A stretch of 60,645 bases of DNA from positions 1 through 60,645 of the forward strand of contig CAMOGG010000002.1 of NCBI GenBank assembly GCA_946614095.1, given 5' to 3'. The position numbers were made by a program, and so were the translations under genes. This DNA comes from an uncultured Bacillales bacterium. Its GTDB lineage: Bacteria; Bacillota_I; Bacilli_A; RF39; UBA660. This document shows, in pieces, positions 26,242 to 34,440 of the stretch; position 1 is the first letter of the stretch; each line of letters starts with the position of its first letter. The notes below the pieces were generated by a model, which saw only the letters and a list, made by a program, of their open reading frames with translations, was not told the DNA's origin and did no database searches.

Positions 26242-28497
26242 ATGATGGGAGAGACTGATTTAACAGAAGCTAATGTAGTAACAAATGGTATCCGATATGC
26301 TTTATCGTTACTTGATTTACCTTTTTTTGGATTATTAGCGATACTTTATCAATTATTCTTTAATGTTGCATCTGTTGAACTATTTAGTAAATCCATTATG
26401 AAATTTTTTGAAAGAGTTCAAATTATTATTGGGATTTATATGATGTTTCAACTTGCAGTTACTATCTTAAGAGGAATTGTAGATCCGGATAGTTTTATGA
26501 AGAATCAAGGAGGGTCAAAAGGACTTGTTCCTAGAATTATTATTTCTCTTACTATGTTAGCTCTTATTGTACCGGTGAAAACTTCTGGTGGAGAATCTAG
26601 TGAGTTTGCTGCACAGATTAATAATCAGGGATTATTGTTCGGTACATTAAGTTCTTTACAATATCGAATTATTAATAATAATACGATTGGAAAATTAGTA
26701 TTAGGAGTAAATGATACAAGTTCTAATTTTATTAATTCTGAAGATGATGAAGATTCTGAACAGTTAGAAACATCCGCTCGTATTTTTGCTTCTACTGTTT
26801 TAAAGGGTTTTTATCGGATTAATTTAATTCCTGAGGCTGACCGTGATGAAAGTGATAATCCTGATGGTAAGGCGGATGATCAAGTAAATGCATATCGTAT
26901 GTGTAAATCTATTAGTACAGATATTATTAATGATGATCCTCCTGGAAAGTATAATCGAATTGATGCTGATCCAAGTGAAATTATTGGGATGATCAATGAA
27001 ACCTGTACTTCTACCTATGAGCCTTCTGATGCGTCGTCTGGTGGACTTCTTGAAACTGTTGGAGGAATGTTTTCTACTGGTACAAAGCGATATGTTTTTG
27101 TTCATATTCCTATTCTTTCAGCAATTGTTGCTGGAATTTTCTGTGTTATTTTATTAAGTTTTACGATTGATATTGCGGTACGTATGATTAAGCTTGCAAT
27201 GTTACGTTTAATTGCTCCAATTCCTATTATTAGTTATATGGATCCGAATGGAAGTAAAGATGGTGCTTTTAGTTCTTGGTGGAAGACATTACTGTCTACT
27301 TATTTAGATTTATTTGTTCGATTAGCATCTGTTTATTTTGTTATTTTCTTAATTCAAGATATGATTACCTATGGTATTATTGTTAATAAGATGGAAGGAC
27401 CACTTGGTGCTTTTACCACAATAGCAGTATTCATTGGATTATTTGCTTTTGCAAAACAAGCTCCTAAATTCTTTAGAGAAATCTTAGGATTAAAGGGAGA
27501 AGGAAGTGGCTTCTTCAGTGGATTTGGTGCTATTGGTGCTGCTGCTGGTTTGATTAGTGCTGGTGCCGGAGTTGCTGCTGCTATTCCTGGGGCTATTGGT
27601 TCTGGACTTGCTCATGCAAGGGCAAGTCGTATGGCAGATGAGACTAGGGCAAATCTTGGTGAAAAAACAGTTTTTGGAAATGATGTTGATCCTGATGGTA
27701 TCTTTAATCGAGGAAAACATGTCGTAGCTGGTATTGCTGGAGCACTTACTGGTGGAGTTGCAGGAGCACATGCTGCTGCAACAGCAAAAGATCATGCCTT
27801 TGATGCAAGTGTAAATGCAATGAGGCAGAGAAATGCTTCTGCTATTAGTAGAGGAAATGATGGCTCTACTTTATTAGGTACTTGGGGTTCTACTGCTAGT
27901 AACATATTTACCGGTGAGGGAAGAGCTGCTGCTGTAGATAGAGATATTAACTCTAATAAAAATCGCTTAGATGCCTTAAAAGCTATCAAATCTCGTGTTT
28001 CTGGTGAAATGGTTAAAGCTGATTGGACTTCTGGTAGTTTAGGCTTAAAGGATTCCTCTGGAAATGATATTGCTACAAATTATAAGAGATTTATGGCTAC
28101 GTATGAAGCTGCAAAATCTAGTGGTGCTACATCAATGGTTGTGCATAATGATATAACAGGTCGGGATGAAACAATCTCTATGGAAGCTGCAGAATATCAA
28201 AAAGGATATTTACTTAAAACAAATGAAAATGATTATGTTGTTAGAAATGTAAATGGAACGGCAACAAAAATTGATGATAGATTATTGACATTAGTTCATA
28301 ATGCTGAAGTATTAGGAGGTTCTGCTAATTTTGTTAGAAATGCTGATGGAACGATTGAAAAAGGTGATAATATTCATATTACGAATCGTGATGCAATTAC
28401 TAATGGTATTGATGGATTTGAGGATTATAATACTCAATTGGCAAGAGAAAATTCTATTAATAAGGCTAATGACCGACATAGTGGAGATAAGAAATAG
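26242..28497 (+). CDS. VirB6/TrbL-like polytopic T4SS channel protein with Gly/Ala-rich segment and soluble C-terminal domain
   Basis: Multiple TM helices. IDIAVRMIKLAMLRLIAPIPIISY is a TrbL/ICE-membrane-protein-type motif. It sits directly upstream of the VirB3/VirB4 genes. Confidence 0.6.
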   Translation: MMGETDLTEANVVTNGIRYALSLLDLPFFGLLAILYQLFFNVASVELFSKSIMKFFERVQIIIGIYMMFQLAVTILRGIVDPDSFMKNQGGSKGLVPRIIISLTMLALIVPVKTSGGESSEFAAQINNQGLLFGTLSSLQYRIINNNTIGKLVLGVNDTSSNFINSEDDEDSEQLETSARIFASTVLKGFYRINLIPEADRDESDNPDGKADDQVNAYRMCKSISTDIINDDPPGKYNRIDADPSEIIGMINETCTSTYEPSDASSGGLLETVGGMFSTGTKRYVFVHIPILSAIVAGIFCVILLSFTIDIAVRMIKLAMLRLIAPIPIISYMDPNGSKDGAFSSWWKTLLSTYLDLFVRLASVYFVIFLIQDMITYGIIVNKMEGPLGAFTTIAVFIGLFAFAKQAPKFFREILGLKGEGSGFFSGFGAIGAAAGLISAGAGVAAAIPGAIGSGLAHARASRMADETRANLGEKTVFGNDVDPDGIFNRGKHVVAGIAGALTGGVAGAHAAATAKDHAFDASVNAMRQRNASAISRGNDGSTLLGTWGSTASNIFTGEGRAAAVDRDINSNKNRLDALKAIKSRVSGEMVKADWTSGSLGLKDSSGNDIATNYKRFMATYEAAKSSGATSMVVHNDITGRDETISMEAAEYQKGYLLKTNENDYVVRNVNGTATKIDDRLLTLVHNAEVLGGSANFVRNADGTIEKGDNIHITNRDAITNGIDGFEDYNTQLARENSINKANDRHSGDKK

Positions 28498-28513
28498 AGG
28501 GAGTGTGATATAA

Positions 28514-28834
28514 GTGAATAATTATTTGATACCGGCTAATACGAAGAGGGGTAAATTAATTTTAGGATGGTTTCGGCCTTTTGATTTAGCTTTGTTTGGA
28601 ACCGGGGTTTTTCTTACGATTGTATTACTTGCATTTCTTCCTGTTGGAGAAATTTGGGTTACTTTATTAATCTTAAGTCCAGCTCTTATTACAGGATTCT
28701 TAGTTTTACCAGTTCCTTATTATCATAATATGATGAATATTATTGTGGAAGCATTTGAGTTTTATACTCATGATCAAACATATAAATGGAAAGGTTGGTG
28801 TTATAGAGATGGCAGCATCAAAGGAAAAAAGTAG
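28514..28834 (+). CDS. PrgI/VirB3-like small membrane protein
   Basis: 106 aa. Starts IPANTKRGKLILGWFRPFDLALFGTG, then two TM helices. Sits immediately before VirB4. GTG start after a GAGGGAG RBS. Confidence 0.6.
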   Translation: MNNYLIPANTKRGKLILGWFRPFDLALFGTGVFLTIVLLAFLPVGEIWVTLLILSPALITGFLVLPVPYYHNMMNIIVEAFEFYTHDQTYKWKGWCYRDGSIKGKK

Positions 28835-29411
28835 TAATGTAAAGACAAAGAGTAAAAGTAGTTCTACTAGTCGTACTAGTGGTCCTTTTACAGAAAACTG
28901 GTTACCAGTTCGTTCTATTCAAAATAATATGATTATTACTCGTAATAATTATAAAGTAGGTGGAGTTAAGATTGCTCCTCGTAATATCTTTATCTTAGAC
29001 ACAGATACTCAAAATAATATTTTACTTGGTCTTCGAAATTTCTATAATACTATTGATTATGAGTTTTGGTTAGTGGTTGCGGATCGTCCTGTTGATATTT
29101 CTGTTTATATGTCACAGATGCAATTATTACTTAATGAGACAAATTCTCCTGCTATTCGTAAATTGATTATGCAAGATATTGAAAAGGGAGAGACGTTTAT
29201 TCGTAATAATGTTGTTGATACGGAATATTATTTCTTATTTAAGACAAAAGATGTTGATTTGTTTCAGAAAAGAGTTCGTCAGATGATTAATGGACTTGCT
29301 ACTTGTGGTTTGAATGCATCTATGATTAGTAATTCTGATTTAAGATTAATTCTTGAAAACTTCCTTAATGGAGGAAATACGACAGAGTTTGGAACGGTGA
29401 TGCCTGTATGA
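28809..29411 (+). CDS. virB4: VirB4 N-terminal domain encoded as a separate ORF
   Basis: ENWLPVRSIQNNMIITRNNYKVGGVKIAPRNIFILDTDTQNNILLGLRNFYNTIDYEFWLVV matches the N-terminal segment of monoderm VirB4 (TcpF/Orf16-type). Its stop overlaps the next ATG (ATGA at 29408-29411). Confidence 0.6.
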   Translation: MAASKEKSSNVKTKSKSSSTSRTSGPFTENWLPVRSIQNNMIITRNNYKVGGVKIAPRNIFILDTDTQNNILLGLRNFYNTIDYEFWLVVADRPVDISVYMSQMQLLLNETNSPAIRKLIMQDIEKGETFIRNNVVDTEYYFLFKTKDVDLFQKRVRQMINGLATCGLNASMISNSDLRLILENFLNGGNTTEFGTVMPV

Positions 29412-31198
29412 GTACAAGTTTAAGAAGTCAAATTGCTCCTAAGGGGTTACATTTTAATCCGAGCGATTTTATGATTAGTGATAAGTATGCTACTATTTTA
29501 TCAGTTGTTTCTTATCCAAAATATATTTCTCCTGGTTATTTATCTTCTCTTACGAATATGAGTGGAATTAAGGTTGTTGTAAAACATATACCTGTTCCTT
29601 GGGCTGAAATGAGTAAGATGTTAAATAAGCAGGTTGCTGATTTGAAACAAAGATATCAAGATGAGAGAGACCAAACTTTAAGAGAAAGAATTAGACAAGA
29701 TGCTGAAAGTTTGGAATACTTTACTTCTATGCTTGCCGGTAGTCAAGCTCGTATCTTTGATTTTCAAATGCATATTATGATTACTGCTGATACAAAGGAA
29801 CAATTGGAATTAAAAAAATTAAATGTAAAGAATTATTTGGATGCTATGGAGTTAAAGGCAATTTCTTTGCGTTTTGAGCAAGAAAAAGTATTGAAATCTA
29901 TTATTCCAGTTTTTCCTAAACAAGATGTTGAAGATAGAATTGGTACACCAATTCCATCTGTTACTATTTCTGCTATGTATCCATTTATTTTTGATAGTTT
30001 AAAAGATCCAGGACTTGCTACTTTGCTTGGAGTAGATTTCTCTGGAGGAGTTATTTTATTTAATCAGTTTTTATATAAAATACGTAAAGAAAATAATAGA
30101 AATAATGCTAATATGATTATTCTTGGTACTTCTGGTTCTGGTAAGAGTACAGCTGCAAAGTTACTTTTAAGAACTCATATACGTAATGGATGTCAAATTG
30201 TTATTATTGATCCTGAAGATGAATTTCGTGAAATTACTCAGGCTTTTGGAGGAGATACTGTTGATATTGGTAAAGGTGGAGAGTTTGGACTTATTAATCC
30301 ACTTGAAATTGTAATTGATGCAGATGAAGAAGAGATTCGTCAGGGTCTTGGTTATACAGTACTTACTCGTACTTTGCAATTTTTAAAGGCCTTTATGAAG
30401 TATTATGATCCATCTATTCCAGAAGATGTTTTGACGATGTTTTCTGAGGTTGTTCAAGATACTTATAAACGTTTTGGTATTGATTTTAATACGGATTTTT
30501 CAAGATATACTTCAGCTGATTATCCTACTTTTAGTGATGTTTATGCAACTATTAAAGGTAGATTGATGTCTATGACAGATCAGACTCAAGAGAGAGATAT
30601 CATGGAACGATTAGAATTAAAGATTCGACCAATTGTTAAAGAATTAAAGTTTTATTTTGATGGTCATACTACTATTCGTAAAGGTAGTGACTTTATGGTC
30701 TTTAATATTAAAGAATTAATGAATAGTGATTCTACTGTTAAAAATGCTTTATTCTTTAATGTATTAAAGTATGCTTGGGGATTGTGTTTGGACTTTAATG
30801 TTGATACTATACTAATGGTAGATGAAGCACATGTATTGTTAGGTGATAATAATGCACTTGGAGCTGACTTCTTAGCTCAAGTTCAAAGACGTGCTCGTAA
30901 GTATAATACTGGAACGATTATTATTACTCAACAACCTAGTGATTTTTCTGATCCTTCTGTTATTACGCAAGGTAAAGCTATTTTTGATAACTCTTCTTAT
31001 TATTTAGTTATGGGGCTTCGTAAACAAGCTGTTGAAGATTTATCATTATTAATTGATTTAAATGAAAGTGAAAAAGAAAGTATTAAACATTATTCTCAAG
31101 GTGAAGCGTTGTTTGTTTGTGGTAGCCGAAGAATGAGAATTAATGTTGCGGTTACACAAGAAGAACTGGATTCCTTTGGTACAGGAGGGGGATTCTAG
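29408..31198 (+). CDS. virB4: VirB4-like T4SS ATPase (central and ATPase domains)
   Basis: IAPKGLHFNPSDFMISDKYATILSVVSYPKYI, Walker A GTSGSGKST, Walker B ILMVDEAH and IIITQQPSDF. Confidence 0.85.
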   Translation: MSTSLRSQIAPKGLHFNPSDFMISDKYATILSVVSYPKYISPGYLSSLTNMSGIKVVVKHIPVPWAEMSKMLNKQVADLKQRYQDERDQTLRERIRQDAESLEYFTSMLAGSQARIFDFQMHIMITADTKEQLELKKLNVKNYLDAMELKAISLRFEQEKVLKSIIPVFPKQDVEDRIGTPIPSVTISAMYPFIFDSLKDPGLATLLGVDFSGGVILFNQFLYKIRKENNRNNANMIILGTSGSGKSTAAKLLLRTHIRNGCQIVIIDPEDEFREITQAFGGDTVDIGKGGEFGLINPLEIVIDADEEEIRQGLGYTVLTRTLQFLKAFMKYYDPSIPEDVLTMFSEVVQDTYKRFGIDFNTDFSRYTSADYPTFSDVYATIKGRLMSMTDQTQERDIMERLELKIRPIVKELKFYFDGHTTIRKGSDFMVFNIKELMNSDSTVKNALFFNVLKYAWGLCLDFNVDTILMVDEAHVLLGDNNALGADFLAQVQRRARKYNTGTIIITQQPSDFSDPSVITQGKAIFDNSSYYLVMGLRKQAVEDLSLLIDLNESEKESIKHYSQGEALFVCGSRRMRINVAVTQEELDSFGTGGGF

Positions 31199-31214
31199 AA
31201 TTTAATGAAGTTAG

Positions 31215-33590
31215 GTGGTGGTATCGGTGGCATATCAAGCGAATGGTTCTAGGAATCAAGATGCTGAAAAGGCAAGAAATGATGCGAATAATGCAAGAAA
31301 TGTGAGTAATGCTGCTGATGTTGCCATTGCATCTAAAAATCCATATGGTGTTGCGGCTGGTTTGGCTGTTAAAGGCGCTGATGCTGCTACTGGTGGTAAG
31401 GCTTCTGAAGCTTTAGGAAAAGGTTTAACTGCTGCTAATAAAGTTTCTCCTTTGGGGAATCATGCGCAAAATTTTTCCAATCGAGCTGCTGAAAGTGGAT
31501 TAAGTGACACTGTTGGAGCAGGTAGTAGATTAGTATCGAATATGCATAATGGAAGTATTCATGACAATACTGGTGCCGGTATCTCTCCTGATAAAATGCC
31601 AAATCAAGTCAAAAATAAACAATCAGGAGGAGAACAAGAGAATAGTTCTCTTCCTTCTTCTGATGGAAAAAATCAAGTTCCTCCTAGAACTGATTCTACG
31701 GAACCTCAAAAAAAGCGTGGTGTTTTAGGAGAAAACCATGAAAGTGAAGATTCTACTTATCAGGAGGAAGAGAAAGAAACAAAAAGTAAAGGGCTTTTTG
31801 GAATTTTTTCAATTCGTTCTTTTATTGTAATGGTTACTATCATATTTCTTCCTATTTTTTTATTCTTTTTTATCATATTGTTTGTTCTCGTAAGCTCTAG
31901 TACTGTTTTGTCTGGATTTGAGGATGCATTGGGAGCTAGTGAGGCTTCTGGAGAGGAACATGGAAATGTTAATTTTAATGTTGGTTCTGCAGAGCAAAGA
32001 GAGTTTTATAATCGTGTTAATTCTGTGAAATTAAGATTACAAGCACAGGGAAAATCAGTAGATGCTTATAAAGTAGCAGCTGTTTATTATGTTATTAATG
32101 ATAATAACTCTACTATTAGTTATAATAGTATGACGGAAGATGCAATTACGGATATTGCTAATGCGATGTTTTCTGGAAATACTTATGATGAGTCTACGTT
32201 TAAAAATAATTTAGTTTCTAATATCTTTCCAACCTATGTTTCTAATCCGTCTTCATCTTATCAAACTATGGCTGATGATGTGTTTGACTATATTGAAAAA
32301 TATGAGAGTATCATTGATAAAAAGGCTATCAATAGTTATCGTACTTCTTGTTCTTCTACGGGAAGTTGTACTTATGATATTAAGGGCTATTATATTCATG
32401 GAAAAGGTAATGTTTCCGAGGCTTTACAAGTTAAAGACTTATATGTTCGCTTAATGCAATGTGGGGTTGGAAATGGTCATGATTATGGTGGAACATTTGG
32501 AAAACCAATGGATGGAGAATCTTTAGTTCCTTTTGAAAAATATGTTTTAGGAGTTGCTTATCAAGAAATTGGTCCAGATGCTCCAGCGGAAGCTATAAAA
32601 GCTCAAATGATTGCGGCTAGAAGTTATATTTTAGCAAGACATGCTGATATGGGTGGTTGGAGAACGTTGAAAGAAGAATCTGGACGTTGGGTTATTCAAG
32701 TTGCTTCTTGCACGCAAGATCAGGTGTATTGTGATCCTGATCAAGGTTGTTCTTCTAATGATGGTCAGTGGGGACAGATTCATAGTGGACAAGCTCATAA
32801 TACAGGTTTTAGCCGGGCTGCAATGGCGGAAAATTCACCATTGCGTACCTATGCTAGCCAAACTTCTGGAGAAGTATTGATTAATCAATCAGGGTATATT
32901 GTTTATACTGGTTATTTGCAAAACGAGCAAAATCAATTTATTTCTTTAGCTAAAAAAGGATTTAATTATAAACAAATATTATTACAAGTTTATAATCAGG
33001 GTAATCGTAATTATGGCGCTAGTGATATTTTAAGAACAACTTGTAATAGTAGTGGTTCAGCTTCTTGTGGAGGTGCAGTTGGGGACTTTATCAACTGGAA
33101 ACAAAAGGGAGAAACTTGGTCTAATACTCCAATGGGTAATAGCGGTCGTACAATTGGAAATATTGGTTGTTTAGTAACATCTGTTGCTATTCAAATTGCT
33201 CGTAGTGGAGTTCCTGTTAATGTAAGTGATTTCAATCCAGGAACGTTTGTGGAACAGTTGAATGCAAATGGTGGATTTGATGGATATGGTAACTTTACTT
33301 GGGCTGCTGCATCTAGAGTTGCTCCTTCGTTCCAATACCAAGATAAAATTTATGTTGCTGGAATGAGTCGAGAACAAAAACTAGCCACTATAACTGATTT
33401 GGTTAATCAGCCAAATACCTATGTTGTTGCAGAAGTAAAAGGTAATACTGGTCAACATTGGGTTGCAATTAATTCCGTTAATGGAAATTCTGTTACTATG
33501 ATGGATCCTGGTTCATCAGCAACTGATTTATGGTCAGAATATAATTGGGCTAATACCTCGACTTTGGCATATTATAAAGTAAGTTCATAA
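31215..33590 (+). CDS. Membrane-anchored cell-wall hydrolase: SpoIID-type domain + papain-like (C39-like/CHAP-type) Cys peptidase (VirB1 analogue)
   Basis: TM helix FIVMVTIIFLPIFLFFFIILFVLV. SpoIID pattern EKYVLGVAYQEIGPDAPAEAIKAQMIAARSYILARH. C-terminal IGNIGCLVTSVAI ... GQHWVAINSV provides a Cys/His pair. GTG start is uncertain by a few codons. Confidence 0.7.
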   Translation: MVVSVAYQANGSRNQDAEKARNDANNARNVSNAADVAIASKNPYGVAAGLAVKGADAATGGKASEALGKGLTAANKVSPLGNHAQNFSNRAAESGLSDTVGAGSRLVSNMHNGSIHDNTGAGISPDKMPNQVKNKQSGGEQENSSLPSSDGKNQVPPRTDSTEPQKKRGVLGENHESEDSTYQEEEKETKSKGLFGIFSIRSFIVMVTIIFLPIFLFFFIILFVLVSSSTVLSGFEDALGASEASGEEHGNVNFNVGSAEQREFYNRVNSVKLRLQAQGKSVDAYKVAAVYYVINDNNSTISYNSMTEDAITDIANAMFSGNTYDESTFKNNLVSNIFPTYVSNPSSSYQTMADDVFDYIEKYESIIDKKAINSYRTSCSSTGSCTYDIKGYYIHGKGNVSEALQVKDLYVRLMQCGVGNGHDYGGTFGKPMDGESLVPFEKYVLGVAYQEIGPDAPAEAIKAQMIAARSYILARHADMGGWRTLKEESGRWVIQVASCTQDQVYCDPDQGCSSNDGQWGQIHSGQAHNTGFSRAAMAENSPLRTYASQTSGEVLINQSGYIVYTGYLQNEQNQFISLAKKGFNYKQILLQVYNQGNRNYGASDILRTTCNSSGSASCGGAVGDFINWKQKGETWSNTPMGNSGRTIGNIGCLVTSVAIQIARSGVPVNVSDFNPGTFVEQLNANGGFDGYGNFTWAAASRVAPSFQYQDKIYVAGMSREQKLATITDLVNQPNTYVVAEVKGNTGQHWVAINSVNGNSVTMMDPGSSATDLWSEYNWANTSTLAYYKVSS

Positions 33591-33603
33591 AAGGAGATTC
33601 TAT

Positions 33604-34383
33604 ATGGGAAATAAGAAAAAGTATATTATAGCGTTTATTATTCTTGTTCTTTTTGGTGTTATTATGTTTCTCCTTTTAGGAGTAAATAATATACGAGAAA
33701 ACCAAATGAGTACTACACTGATTGTTGGTGATAATACCATTTGGCATTATTCTGAAAAAAAATGGGTACATCTTACCTCAGCAAAATCTTTTCATAATTT
33801 AGAATGGAAGCAGTATCATATTTATTTGGATAATAAAAAATATGGTGATTATTATTTATGGCATGACGATAAGTGGTATGCTTTTGATTCTCGAAAAAAT
33901 GCTGTTCCGTTAAAGGGAGAATTATTGGCTATTAAATCAAACTATGATATTCCTGTTGAGAAAGGATTGGAAGAGAATGTAGATGATAGTGAATATATTA
34001 ATCAAGTGTTAAGTGATTATAATCTTTCCTTATCTAGTCATTTTACTTCTAAATATAAAGTTCTTTTTGATTTTGATTCTGATGGAGTAGAAGAAGAGTT
34101 TTATGTGATTAGTAATGTATTTGCTTTAGATTTTCAACCTGATACGCTTTTTTCTATTGTTTTTATGGTAAAAGACGATACAATATATCCCATTTATCAA
34201 GATATTAGCTCTAACCAGTCTATGAATGGATGTAAGCCATTTTTTAAATCTTTCTTAGATTTGAATGAAGATCAGAAGTATGAATTTATTTTAAGTTGTG
34301 GTTATTATGCTAATGAAAAGCAAATCGATATGTTATATCATTTTGATCAGGAAGAGTTTAAAATTATCATTTCTAGTTCATAA
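33604..34383 (+). CDS. N-terminally anchored protein of unknown function (positional candidate for VirB8/TcpC/PrgL role)
   Basis: AAGGAG RBS. A single TM helix (YIIAFIILVLFGVIMFLLLGV) is followed by a roughly 220-aa extracytoplasmic domain. The functional assignment rests on position only. Confidence 0.35.
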   Translation: MGNKKKYIIAFIILVLFGVIMFLLLGVNNIRENQMSTTLIVGDNTIWHYSEKKWVHLTSAKSFHNLEWKQYHIYLDNKKYGDYYLWHDDKWYAFDSRKNAVPLKGELLAIKSNYDIPVEKGLEENVDDSEYINQVLSDYNLSLSSHFTSKYKVLFDFDSDGVEEEFYVISNVFALDFQPDTLFSIVFMVKDDTIYPIYQDISSNQSMNGCKPFFKSFLDLNEDQKYEFILSCGYYANEKQIDMLYHFDQEEFKIIISSS

Positions 34384-34388
34384 AAGTA

Positions 34389-34417
34389 ATGACAGTTTTT
34401 AAAAGATAAGTTATAAT
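34389..34417 (+). promoter_or_regulatory. SigA-type promoter upstream of virD4
   Basis: aTGACA (34389-34394), 17-nt spacer, TATAAT (34412-34417). Confidence 0.55.
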
Positions 34418-34440
34418 AAAGAGAGAGAGAAGGGAATCCT

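Noticed and set aside
26824-27989. Three minus-strand ORFs (26824-27105, 27490-27795, 27792-27989) opposite the VirB6-like gene. Other short same-strand, out-of-frame ORFs occur at 7812-8012, 9303-9515, 9996-10331, 20590-20820, 23865-24113, 28331-28513, 32236-32454, 35297-35509, 42295-42507, 50137-50352 and 56034-56249.
   Set aside because: They are fully nested within longer coherent genes. They are rich in L/I/M/K, as expected from frame-shifted AT-rich sequence, and have no independent start signals.
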